The position numbers were made by a program, and so were the translations under genes. From Tubulanus polymorphus (lineage: Eukaryota; Animalia; Nemertea): 64,000 bases of DNA. Numbering within the stretch: position 1 is the first letter of the stretch; every line of letters begins with the position of its first letter. The stretch is from the NCBI RefSeq assembly GCF_964204645.1, contig NC_134030.1, forward strand, positions 10,995,947-11,059,946, given 5' to 3'. Shown here in pieces: positions 44,117 through 56,971 of the stretch. The notes below the pieces were generated by a model, which was not told the origin of the DNA, ran no database searches, and saw only the letters and a program-made list of their open reading frames with translations.

Positions 44117-44445
44117 GAGTAATAGGGATAATGGGGGTTCATACCAAAGGTCGAAGGGTCGAAAATAAATTCAAGCACACTCGAATTTATTTTTCGACCC
44201 CTCAACCTTTGTTATATACCCCCATTATCCCTATTACTCTTAAAATATTCATATATATGAATATGAATAACTTCTAAAATCAATTTTAATAAAAAATTTG
44301 ATATTAAAATGGAAGCAAATAAGAAGTACTACTGTCCAACATAATAATCTAGAAAAATAAGATCAAATATAGATTTCGAATGATAAAAAATCAATTTTTA
44401 ACATAAAAAGTAACGATTGATTAACGAGTGAAATAATTCATATTT
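44117..44445 (+). mobile_element. Second, inverted and shorter terminus related to 42052-42911 (123-bp palindrome plus subterminal sequence)
   Basis: gagtaataggga...ccctattactc palindrome (44117-44239), followed by the reverse complement of 42610-42645 and of one 89-bp repeat unit (taacgagtgaaataattcata). Confidence 0.72.
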
Positions 44446-46331
44446 AATTGGGGCCACGGGAAAATGTCGGCCTTCGAAAAATTCCGATTATGAGTAAGAC
44501 GGATTTTGGGGGTTTTCTAAGGAAAATCCAAATTTGTAACAAATTAAGACCCTTAACCTTAAAAACTGAGTGACACGGGGTCAATACTCTATTCTATAGA
44601 CGACTAATATTGCAAACATGCGTTAAACATGACAGAAAGATCGATCCACCAGTTTATATATAGACGCTGAGCACCAGTAACGATCATTTAAAAAGAACTG
44701 AAATTAGCCATTGCTTTGAAATGCTTAATATTTTAGCCGACATAGCCGAAGTTCCGACTTCTAGAATCCGACTATGAGATAGGAAAATGAACTAAAAAAA
44801 CGGGACCTTGGAATTTCGGCCGACTGAGCCTATCTTCCAACTCAAAGCTGTCCGACTTACCGTACGCCAGTTCTACTGTACAAATATGCTAACCCATTGT
44901 CACTCAGACCACGGATGGCAGAAATGATTGCTCTCTGGACGTTTTGGCAACATTACACCGCAGTAAACTGAATTCGACGTTGCTGACACTGGTCACTGGT
45001 TTGAACTTTGGTTCAGCCATTAGGCTACTTAGAAATATGACTTTTAAATCGGCTATTTCAGCACGTGCTCACTGTTATTGTTTATCTTAGCAGGAGCGTG
45101 TTTCTGACGTCATCTCTGACAAACGATCGCGGCTTCCAGTCATTTCACTAGACATTTCATGCGATATTTTATCGTTTTGGGAGTGATTTGAATTAATAAA
45201 CTCTTACCATTGTATAGTGTTGCTACCGTTGTATATGACATGATAATCGTATAAGTGAGTAGCACTGTAAGGCCAGTGAATACGGTTAACAAATGGTGTT
45301 TATTTTATCGATTATACACTAACTAGCACGCACACGTGCTTGTGTTGATTGTCATATGTGGTGTTTATTTTACCTTTTTCTCCATCAAAATGATCCGTAC
45401 ACGAAGTTGTCAAGTTTTACAATCTTTATTGCTCCGTAAGCTAAGATAAGATAAAATTGATAGTTGGGGGTCTAAAAAGATCACACATAAAAAGTACAAT
45501 ACAGGAAAGACACAAAATAACACAGACTGATCACTACAATTTTCAGTTAAAAATACAGTTATCTAAGTACTTGGCTAGTTTCGTACGCATTGACTTATTT
45601 TCACAGTTTAGTAATTCATTATACATGAGAGTATTTAGTTAACATCATAAATAGCGCCATCCGCGGGTTGTATATGAACTATATGCACGGAGTGAAGGAT
45701 AAATAGATGACTATTCCGCTAACTATTACGGCTAATTCGTGCTCCTTTTTTTCAATAAGTAACATCTCAGGTCGTCATATGTATATTAAAGTTTCTTCTG
45801 GTTAAGAAATCGCGGAAAGTACAATTTTATGGCATTTGCCCTATATATGCTGAAGTCTTTATTGATTAACAATACTCGACGCCCCGACCGTGACCAGACC
45901 TTGATACCATCTCTACCATCTACATGTATATAGGGATATCATGACTCTTATTCACACTACCATCAATTGCGGATACATTTCTGGAATGGCCCTTGTTACA
46001 ACATAATCAGTTGAAATGCAAAGGATTTTTATGGAATGTGTTAAGATTGACACGGGGATGACTCAATTCAAAATGACTTTTAGTTAATCTACTGGGGATA
46101 AGGTTTATACCATTCCATACAACAAAGCCCAGAATATCAGTTATTACCTATGGTAGGGGGTCTGATTCACACAGCAAATTATTAGAAAGATTTGAAATAA
46201 TTCAGACAGTAATTTCTCAAAAACAACTTTACCTTCCTTATGTCCGGCACTGCATACAAATTTCCCGTTTCCAGTATTTCGAAGTAACCAAAAAGTCTAT
46301 GTAAGGCCACCAACGGAAGAGCATTGAAATC

Positions 46332-47967
46332 TTATCCAACGAGACTATTTTTACGTGGTGAAATTGTGATATGTGGCATGAAACGTTTTATGTCTGCTAA
46401 TATTTTGTCAACAGAGTTGATAAGTTCTTTTCCGTACTTGTCCACTATCACTGGTGAATACATAGTAGCATTTTCCCCTATTTCACATTCGCTTTTACCT
46501 ACCATACACCTTTTGTAGTGCTGATTTAAAGCAGCCCCCTTGTCAACGCGAGTTTTAACCCCTTTCATTGCGTGTTTTCTCGTCACCTCTCAGCATAAGT
46601 GATTGTGCGCACGCGCACACGTGCTGGGATTCAATATCGACTTGACCCACCAGCCCGGCCGGCTGGCTGGGAGACGATGAAGCACGTAAAGCGTAACCAG
46701 GTCATCTTCCACTCTGTAATTCTGGTAGTGGTCAAGAAGAAGGCATTTCGAAACGTATAATTTGGATAAGGATCTGTTTGTACTCAGATAATGCAGAATC
46801 TGCGCGTACGTTTTATGTTCGGGTAGTTGCGGTATGATAATTTCGTCAGTATCGACGACTACGATGTGTTCGTTTTGTACATGTTCCTCAAAAAACATTC
46901 GTTGATACTCGCCTTCTCACACAAAGCATCGATTCATGCAAGCCGTCACCCAGTGGCGTCCCGATGTTGCGATAGTCGACGTAGTCTAACTCCCGATAAT
47001 ATCTGAAAACTTTATCCGCCTTGGCGCCGATAGTGTTGTTGTATATGCTGACGCTTTTCACCCCTAAAATACGTATAAGCTCCATCCACTCTATCAATCT
47101 GTACGGATTCAAATCGCCGTAGGTACATGTAGCTAACGCAGGCAGAGTAGTCCCGCCTTTTCAAAGGCTTCTCCGAGACTTGTACAGGTAAGAATTTGGT
47201 TGGCATTTCATGTGGCTCGGAAATGACGGACACGAAACTTGGAACAAGTAAGTCCGACAGAGGACAATTTATCGTATAACTTCTATAAAGCATACCGTAA
47301 TGGTAACTACCAAAACCGATTGATTTCTGTTCTCCGTTAACTAATAAGTGATGATATGATGACGTTTTATTCGAATACCACAGCAAACAGTAAAACCGGT
47401 ATATCTCAATGAGGACCGATGCAACGCCGGACAATCGCACAATCGGTCGAACCATCAACTCTGGTCGGTCGTCGACGAAGGCGGCGTGGACACGGAGGCC
47501 GAATGCGCCGTTCATTATCTGCCAGTCATTGATGTAAAGCAGCTTAAACTGAGTTGAAGTTGACAGTTCCCATCGCACTGGGCCGTTTATATAATTCTTT
47601 TAGGTAGTGACATATCGAGGTGTATGATGTCAGCCGCTGTTTTCCGATCAAGGATGCGGGAGTCACTCTCTTGAATACTACCTACATCAACCCCTTTTCT
47701 CTTTTTGAATATGATATAATTCCCCATGGGCGCTGGTTATTTTAACAATGTTCCGTTCATGGACTAACTCAAATTTCAGTTTATTACGTCTAATAACCTT
47801 TCGTCGTGAGGTACACAACGCACGCGAGTAAAATGATTCTTGTAACGCTTAGTAATCCGTTGAAATCCCGCATCACCGTAGTTCTCTACAATAGAAAAGA
47901 GAGAAAAAATGTTTCTCAGCTGGCGAAATAGCAAAATATAGTCAAGCCCGCTTAACGAACTGGGCAT
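46332..47967 (-). pseudogene. Intronless glycosyltransferase family 92 (DUF23) pseudogene
   Basis: Successive frames give HAAFVDDR, CLLWY, YTINCP, YSACV, LIEWMELIRILGV..SIYN, INECFLRN, VVVDTDEIII (DxD), KSILNP, NH and HYKRC. Frameshifts near 47122, 46920 and 46874, and an in-frame TGA at 46590. Confidence 0.8.
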
Positions 47968-48139
47968 AATGTCGGATTTTTACGTACATCACATGGTAAT
48001 CAAAAGGCCCGTTATTACACCTGTTAAAGCTTTTACATATAAACTCGTCCGAGAAAATAATGTAAAATCCAAAAAATCATCTTCTTTCAGACTGCTTTCG
48101 ATAAACCATTGTTGAAAAATGGTAGTTGAACCAGGACAA

Positions 48140-48440
48140 TCCTCGGAAAAGTGTGCAAACGTTGTTTTGGCATTAAAACGAGGGGCGTTACTCGAAAAAG
48201 AGTTAAATCGCTGTTTTGACGCTAAAACGAGTGGCGTCCCTAGAAAAAGTGTGAAATAGCTGTTTTGGAACATAAACGAGGGGCGCTCTTGGAACAGGTG
48301 TGAACTCGCATTTCGGCACAGCAATCAGGGGCGCTCCTCAAAATAGTGCGAAATCGCTGTTTTGGCACTAAAACGAGGGGCGCCCAAGTGTGAAATTACA
48401 ATTGTTAAGTCGATCCCCATCTTGATGGTAAAACGAGAAT
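48140..48440. repeat. ~49-bp diverged tandem repeat
   Basis: About 6 units ending ctgttttgg...aaaacgaggggcg. Confidence 0.8.
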
Positions 48441-48505
48441 GCCTCTTGAAGAAATCTCGATCTGCAGGCAGGCGGGTTTAGGCGGGCAGGCAGGCAGGCG
48501 TTTCT

Positions 48506-48754
48506 TTAAGAATTTTTCAACATCTTTTGTTCACATCTTTTGAACAAAGATTTATTGAAATTCGGCACCAGACAGAAAGGATTTTTTAGCATGAACTGAC
48601 CTGGCCTTTTGTTGTTTCGAAATATCATCAAAATCATCCGCAACTCTGCCATAATATACGCACTGGATCTATGAGAAACAATGAACATTATGGACAAAAA
48701 TGGCAGTAAAAAGCAGCATATTGCTATCAACGACCTCCTTAATGAACTGGACAT
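48506..48754 (-). pseudogene. Orphan type II membrane-anchor N-terminus, probably a duplicated GT92 5' end
   Basis: MSSSLRRSLIAICCFLLPFLSIMFIV. Its start context attatgtccagttcattaag matches attatgcccagttcgttaag at 47967. Confidence 0.4.
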
Positions 48755-49807
48755 AATCAATATATTACTGTACTACAACGGTCTATCAAATGCTAACAAT
48801 TGTAAATTTCTACTATATGGTGATACAGAAAAGTCACATCATTTACTAACAATCAAATTATAGCTATAACCGCAAAATTTATTCTAGAAAATTACGAGAG
48901 AATGCCATAACAAGTTTTTCTTCAACTCTTAATTACGTATGACTACGTTTACTTTATTTTGTTTGTTGTTTATGCCATCTATAAACATAATGTTTACATG
49001 TTTAATCTTGCCCAAAATGCCGTTCATGGCGCGTGGCGAGATAATGTTTTGTAAAATCTTTTTCTTATGATGTCAATAAACTAATATTATATTTTAAAAA
49101 AAGTAAAAAGCAGATTAAATAACTGTAAAATTTCATTTATGGTTGACAGGTTGCTACCTCTGCCCGTCGTTTACTCTAGCTGTCAACGGTGAACGTTCAA
49201 CTGCTGTCAATACTGACACGAGGAACGCAGTGTAACTCTACACGTGTAATAATGCAACTGGACTAGCGAAAAATGGATTTGGAGATTGAATAAAATCTCA
49301 GGCTTGTTCTCGCTGAAATCCTGGTCTTATAGGCCTGTACTTAGGGCAGGTATTGGACTGCGATCGGATTTCCATTTTTACCTCCAAGCACCATTTCAAG
49401 AAAGTCTACCAAAAAGGTCCACATTTCGAGAAAAAAAACAAACCGCCCGTAAAATCAGTCACTCTATATGGCCTCCACCAGATGAAAATAGTAAGTAAAG
49501 ATATGACCAAGTCTGAATTCAGGAGAAAGAATCTAGTTGTTATTTTATTGCATATTGTTCCGAGATTTTTTTCCGAATTCTTGATGATAATTTGATTTGA
49601 TTTTTTTTTGAAGTTATGAAGGGTTGTGTTTTCGTCTTGAAAATGTGAGGAACATTTGATACTGCGAAATACGTTCAGGGAATGGCCGTGTATCACTTAC
49701 CACTAAGGATATTTAAATCCAAGAATTATTGAGATGGACACTAGAAATGGTCATTTCTCTTGATGATGTACTACGAATCCCAGTGTCCCTCTTTAAACCC
49801 TGTGTCT

Positions 49808-50836
49808 CAGGGGCGTAGCCACCTAAAATTGGTGCGACAATCCGGAGCGCACATCCAAACGAACGCCGAAGGCGCGATGTCTAGAAGTGGGGTTTGAGGG
49901 CCCTCCCCAAGAAAATTTTGAACATTAAAACGTCTGAGAGGCGTTCTGATGGCTGAGAGCTCATATTTGAATAATTTTTCTGTAGATAATATAATGCCTC
50001 TAAGGTTATCTTTGGTCTAGGGACGGATCCAGATGTTTCACCATCCCAGAGCGGTTTATGAGTCCTGCTGACCTGGGGCACTCCCCCAGAGCATTTTGAT
50101 TTTCAAGGCTCTGAGATGCAATCTTTAAGCATACTTGGGGCATAAAGTCTATCCCCCTTGAAGTTAATTATTTTCGTATAGATTCATTTAGACAATTTTC
50201 TATACTACTTCCAGAATACTTGCCCGGAATAAAACGTTCATGTTAGTACAAGAGCCTGTCAAAATCACGAACTAGAAAAATAGAAGAGCAAACCTGAGTA
50301 CACCTCGATACAAATGGTAGGCTGGATCTGCCCTTGACCATTTATTGATGAATAGTAAACTAATGTTAGCTTATTTTACATCAATACCGGTACTCTCTCG
50401 ATTTTCTCGGTTTCCATGTCTCGGCACTTGAGCAGATTTTTTTTGGTCAAATCCCTTATTATCGTCCATTTTTCATGAACAAAAAACAGAAACAGTGAAG
50501 TATAACCAGAAGAATACCGGTTTGAGTCGCTCTAAAGTAATATGAAAAAATTCTTCTGAATTCGGCAACTTTGATACTGTGAGATCAGGTGCATGGTCCA
50601 GATGTGATACCGTAAACACTCTAGACAAAACTCGCTGGAGTCACTGGGTTGGATGTGGCCCACACAGAAAATCTCAAGTGCATTACCAACGCCTCCGTAT
50701 TAGCACCACTGACATCTTCAAGAGAACTTGATACAGAATAACGTTTATTATGACGTTTTAGCATAATGGGTTTTCAATTACTGGTGCATATTGGTGCAGT
50801 TATGTCGCAGTTGTCGCACCGGTGGCTACGCCCGTG
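49808..50836. mobile_element. ~1-kb non-autonomous hAT-like TIR element
   Basis: TIRs caggggcgtagccacc / ggtggctacgcccgtg, with subterminal gtgcgacaa / ttgtcgcac. No TSD resolved. Confidence 0.55.
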
Positions 50837-52787
50837 TAATACAGTTATCTATTTGTAACCGGTGTCTTGACGATAAACTCGATGCTGGCTCACGAAAACG
50901 CCAGTCGTTCGCTTATCATCACGCAGCCTATTTCTAATGTGTGCAGTTTGTGGACATATCATCATGATCTTGGTCGATTGAAAACCTACGTGGTAGACGC
51001 GTGACGCCTGCCATGGGAGCATTTAATAAAGAACTTGATAAGAAAAGAATGCTACGGACATTGTCGTTATTTGAAAAAGTTTATCATCACGAAATCCTAC
51101 AATTATGAGGAAATTATTTTTTCAACGGTGTATATCAAAATTTGAATCATGGAATTTTTAGCTTGGTATACCGGTACTCAAATCTGCTTAGATTAAACAT
51201 ACGTAGTTTATTCATCGGAACGACCTAAATGCCTACGAAAATAGGAAGTTTGACGTACCGGTAAGATGTTGAAGTTACCTTCTTTTCTTTCTGGACTCGC
51301 GGTAGTTTGATTCAAGATCCCTTCCAAAAATACCCATCCCACTCAATGTCGTCGCCATATGGCGCACTAATAAAATTGAATTTAATCAAATATGAAGATA
51401 ATCGTCAAAGTGTATCGAAAACGTGTTGTAGACATTTTCAGCGCTTAGATGGAATATTGGATACAAGATAGATCCGTCTAGAAATAAAGCAATTGACAAA
51501 CTGGTTCGACGGTTAAACTAGTTCTATTTTGCAACGCAATAGTAATAAACTAATTTTTTGTTCGTCATTGATTAAGTCCAGAATTTGTATTTACAAATAG
51601 AAAAATGTTTCCACCATTATAGTATGATAGGAGATAATGCAATTTCCCGAAATTTAAAAAAATTGACACATTCTTGGACACGGACACCGCATTTGGTCCA
51701 TGAACGGAGTTGCGGAACTAATATCACTTTTAAAAGACACAAACTACACGATTGATTTATATAGATACATACGAATCGTTTCAATTGGTCATATGGATCA
51801 AACGTAAGGCTAAGCGCAATAAACACTGACCAGATAACAACGAGACGACACAGGCCGATGCGTAGAATCCGCTTACGCAAGTAGTTCCAGGACGAACCAC
51901 ATATTGATATTTCCTATTCGGACTCATGTGCGCATAATGAGGCTGATGTAACAACCTATCGCCCGTTTGGCTGGGCGATTGGATTACAGACTTGTTGATT
52001 GGAGAGAGTTATGGTTTAATCCGTAGTAGTATGTTCGATCCGATCCGAGGTATTCCACTGACTCGAGAATAATAATAACTACTTCTTGTGGATCTAAAAT
52101 GTTTCTTTCTTTATTCTGCCATTACAATTCTCATTCCTTCATACCCTGCGGCCTCCTATCTTTAGATTATCCATCACTCTCTAGATTTCCTACTGTACTG
52201 AAACCCTCCCTTTTTATACTATTTTAATGTTACTCGCGACATATAATTCCACATAACCCGGTATCATAGCCTGTGACATTTCCTCGTCACCCCATTCCAC
52301 CGAGCTATGTAAAGGGTTTACTTATGTTGTACATCAGGAGTGCTAAGTTTATTACTTAATTAAACATACCAGAGCTCAAGGCCGCTGCTATATCCAGCAT
52401 CCCTACGTGGATACCTATGTCACTCTCACCTATCTTGTATTGTCTATCTTTTATTGTCTCACCTAATGTCGTATGTGCGACGTAAGCATTTAGGTAGGTT
52501 GTTTACTAACCGCAGCCACTGCCTTGAACTCTGGCTTCCTTTCCCGTATGTAAATAACTAATTTATCACCCCAATTTATCACTCCAAGCTTTAACCAACT
52601 TTTGAGCAACGCCCCTCTGGTCGTTTGGGCCTAGAATAACCAGACCTTTGGAGCGCAATTATCGGTTTAAAAATATGTCGAGCCATTATGAACATGCTAC
52701 TAAAACGTCGGGTGTGCAGCAGGCTTCAATGTATAAATGAATTTATATCAACTTGTCTTGCAGTTCTGACTTGTCGGTTGATAAATA

Positions 52788-53826
52788 ATGGAGGAAATAT
52801 TAAGAGACTTGGGACTAGAGTCATTCATCAGCTCATTCAACAAGAATAAGGCGATGGAGTGATATGTATATTTGTTATGTATTTTCATATCTAAAGTATC
52901 TAATTACTTTTTGCTAATGCGATTATTATTGATGTTCCAGATAAATGTAACGGATGTTGCTGCTATAAGTGACCAGGACTTCGAACAAGTGTGTATCACG
53001 GCAATTAGTGATCGAAACAGATTAAGAAATAGATGTCGCCCCTGGAGCGCACATGCTTCGTGTAAGATGATGGGATTGTTGACCTAGCAAACAGAAACGT
53101 CGTTAACAATCAACCAAACATTCACAGCAATGACTGAAAATCACTAGCTAGCAGTCGGCCAGTCATACCAAATACAGAGTCAGCCCTGTCGATCTCCAAC
53201 GCTGAACCTCCTGCCTTTTTGATTTTTGAAAATCAGCCTCTTGATTTATTCACTCGTATTGTGTCAGACACGTCGCACAATTCACAGGCACGAGATGCAG
53301 CCTTTCCTCTTAGTCAGTCGTTTTCTGCATCTAGCCATCCACCTGTAATGTATAACGAGGATTCCCGTATTGTACAGCCAGATACTCCGACGATCCAGTT
53401 TCGGGAAAACTATATAGCGACTGATAAAATTACAGATGTCACAGAAATTCCTGCTACACTCGATGACATTCTAAGCGAAGATTTTAATCTCCTTATAAGA
53501 AGTTGTATCGTTGATGATATCCTTAACGCGTTCGCGGATCCTTCCGTTCTAGACCAAACCAAAATCTTAAAATGCGAGAATGATCCTCCCTAATGGAGAT
53601 GTTGAGTTAGGTGAAGGCCCTGGGGTATTCCGCGATTGTATTTCAGAATTTTGGGAAGAATTAAAGAAACAGAGTATAATGACTGGTCATGGCTACATGA
53701 TACCCCACCGATTACGTTGCAGAAAAGTGACAATCCGTTGCCCATACAATAGTTAAAGGGTACACTGTCACCGGCTCCTTTCCCATATTCATTGCGTTGC
53801 CATTTCTAGAGGATTTGCTTTTTGAT
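52788..53826 (+). pseudogene. Decayed SAM-like plus HECT-like domain gene fragment
   Basis: MEEILRDLGLESFISSFNKNK, intron, INVTDVAAISDQDFEQVCITAISDRNRLRNRC (SAM-like). Then DDILNAFADP, MILPNGDVELGEGPGVFRDCISEFWEE and K*QSVAHTIVKGYTVTGSFPIFIALPFLEDLLF (HECT N-lobe-like), with stops and frameshifts. Confidence 0.6.
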
Positions 53827-54513
53827 GTGTGGCAGTGCCACGCGACCTCGCCGAGTCGTTTTTGAATCTCGCCTGGTGGTGAGAACGATACACTGGGTGA
53901 ACCCAATTCCATTTGAGATGTGTCCTATGACAGTGCAAAACCAAAAAAATGAATTGTCGTGGGCGACAAAACCAAGAAATGAATTGTCGCGAGCGACAAG
54001 ACAAAACAAAAATTAATTGGTGCGTATTTCGAATGTGCAAAATGAAAAATTGCATTTAAACGGTTTATTTTTCTAATCTTTCTCGGAATCTTTATTTCCC
54101 TGTTTTAATAGGCAAACGTTTCTCTCAAACTATTCGAACGATTTGCATTAACAACGATTTAGATATCGCTGTGAGTTATTGTTTGTGAACATCAGGGGGC
54201 GTGGCAGTAATGACGAACAGCGTCTTAGAGTATTTAAATGGGCATCAGTCAGCGATGACGATATAGTTGACACGTTAACGTTCGACAGAGCATCACTGGA
54301 AAAGCGGGAATAATATCGACGGTAAGATACGCGGACTTGCATAGTATCTGTAGTGTGTACAATATATGTAGATGTATGACAAATAAACGAAAATTATCAT
54401 TAACAATTATTGAAAGTTGAAAACAATTTCGATATATTTCTCGCAATGACGCTGCGAATTGGCGGTGCACCTTACGTGACTAATTTTGATATCGAATATT
54501 CTATTTTGTCTAG

Positions 54514-56971
54514 ATGCAAATTGTACTATTGATATCCTCAGCAGTGCTCATTCTCAGTTTCTTGAATTTGGTGAAAGCCCAAGAATCATGCACAGATAGT
54601 AAGTGAGGATTTTTTTGCCTATGATCAACATATTTTATCGTGATAAAAATGAAAGAAATATGGATACCAGTGATGCATACGGAGAAGTTTCAGAAATATG
54701 GTGTAGGTTGTTTTATAAAGGTAGATCAATATAGGATATGTAGTTCCATTCGTACCTGTAGCAGAACTCGGCGATTACACAAAATGTAATTATTTGGGTT
54801 TTAGCATCCATAGTAACCGAGCATTATAGTCGGCACAGGAATCTCAGGGAGGTATAACAGACTCATAGGTCAAAATACTTTCAATACTCTGCAGAATATT
54901 TCTTGGGTTACATACTAAATCTTCCAATACCTGTTCTGAATGTCCATTATGATGGGTAGTTCTAACAGTTCAGTACATCAGAGTCTCCTTGATATGCATA
55001 GATATAATTAGTTTTTTTCTATCACGTGCATCAAACTTTCAATCACTCATGATCTGATTTTTAACAACCTGCTGGAAAGTCTCGGTGCCTGTAGCAATAC
55101 TAATGATATTTGTAATAACATAAAATCTAGATTACAAGAAAACCTTATTCGTCTCTGGAGTAAAGAAGCCTGAAGCCAGTGAAATTATCATATCAATATT
55201 GTTGTTATCTTCTTTGTCGTAGTCATGAAGGTTATAAGATAGTAGTGAGTTGGCATCATTTTCGTGTCTCCTCTTATAACTCGTTGGTGTTTCAGATAAA
55301 AATTTGTCAAACGAATAAATACTTTAATCTTATCAACGCAGAGTGTGGCATTTCGCTTTTCAAAAATATTTCCCTAATAAGAATTATTTAAAAATGTCGG
55401 GAGTTAGTCCGTAGCTATCATTGAATAGGCTAATCACGGCGACAGAGTGTACATTAGACAAGCTGGAAGTAGTTCTATATGAGGGAAGCTTTAAATGATT
55501 AGACAGTCGAAACGTTTTTAAACTATAGTGCTGATATTCCCTTAATAGATTTGGTGGATTTTAATTGTTTCTCACAAGTCAACACTTAAGTAATTCAAGC
55601 ATCATTTTGATATGGTGCGTAGAGATACATTATGAAGAGTGTATTGAGTGAAGGTGCCATGTTTGAGCTGCGTGCGATCGTTGTGTCGTGGTATAGTTGT
55701 GGAGTTTATCCACATATCTGTATGAAGTTCATTTAAGCTTGGAGTAATCATTTGTCAAATGATTACTCCAAGATTTAAGGGAGTGCCAACAAATTGCATA
55801 ATGGAGACCCTTTATGTGAAGACCCGTTCTAAACTGCGAAAACCGTGTTGTTGGCCTCCGTCAGTGACCTTGAGCTGTCGCTGCCGGCGCACCGCTTCAA
55901 AAAAGTCACGAATAAAGTATCATAACTAATTGTTACTGATATACCGCAAATAAACCTATGAAGAAAATTCGTGACTACGTGCGTGTATAACAATTGCAAT
56001 ATGTTTAATCCGTATCTCATTGCTGAGCGTAATACTAATGATTTTCATAACTGTTCTGATTGTTCATGAGTTATGGAGTGCAAGTATTCGCGCAAACGAT
56101 GCTACCTTGCCTTGGGTTGCGTTCGCGTAAATCGTGTACTGCTCCCGAAGAGACGATTTATCGTGAAATTCATGTCAAAGATTTTAAATATTTGCAGCCA
56201 GCTGTTCGGATAGCAATACGAAATGTGCAAACTGGGCCGCCAGTGGACAATGTGAGAAAAATCCGAAATACATGTTGTTAAATTGCAAAATGTCCTGCAA
56301 TGTATGCGAGCCAGGTTTGTTTCCGCCTTCTCGTGGCTACGTGCATTACTTTTGAAACACGTTATTTCCGTATCTTATTGCTGGGCTTTATACTGACAAT
56401 TTTCATAACTGATAGGTCAAGCATACGAGTGCAAGGATAACAGCAAACGATGTACGCAATGGTCTATACAAGGCGAGTGCTTTAAGAATCCGAAGTATAT
56501 GCTCCTAAATTGCCAAAAAGCATGTAAAGTTTGCGAGACGCCAAACGGTGAGTAGCTCGATTTCACGATTTCACGATTTGACATTTCACGATTTGTAATT
56601 GTGATACTGTATTGATATCGAGGTACTGTGATACTACAATGAAACGAAATATTTACAGCCAACTGCCAAGACGATAATGACAAATGTCCAGAATGGATGC
56701 GACAGGGTGAATGTAAAAAGAACCCAGAATATATGTTGTGGAATTGCAAAGACTCGTGTCATGTTTGTAAAGATGGTAAATGTTTCATTTGTTAGATCCA
56801 GAAATGTAAATTCATTTCGTCAAGTCTACAAACTCTTTCACGTAACTATTTTATCATTTAGAATGTGCGGATGAAAGTACGTCATGTGCATTGTGGTCTC
56901 AGGGCAAGGGATGTAGTAAGAACCCGATGTACATGTTTTACAAGTGCCAGAAGTCCTGCAAAATTTGTTAG
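54514..56971 (+). CDS. Secreted protein with four ShK (ShKT) domains, about 186 aa
   Basis: Signal exon 54514-54598 (MQIVLLISSAVLILSFLNLVKA/QESCTD). ShK exons 56198-56314, 56416-56547, 56659-56775 and 56862-56971, each C-x-D-x4-C-x2-W-x4-C-x-KNP-x-YM-x3-C-x3-C-x2-C. All introns are phase 1. TAG at 56969. Linking the signal exon to the ShK exons is an inference from phase. Confidence 0.85.

Noticed and set aside
51347-52480. Solo LTR on the minus strand (TATA-like near 52215, AATAAA near 52113, TG...CA candidates)
   Set aside because: No pair of termini had a matching TSD, and no PBS or internal domain was seen.
55179-55391. Alternative signal-peptide exon for the ShK gene
   Set aside because: It has a GTG start and a poor hydrophobic core. 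54514-54598 is a much better signal exon with a canonical phase-1 donor.
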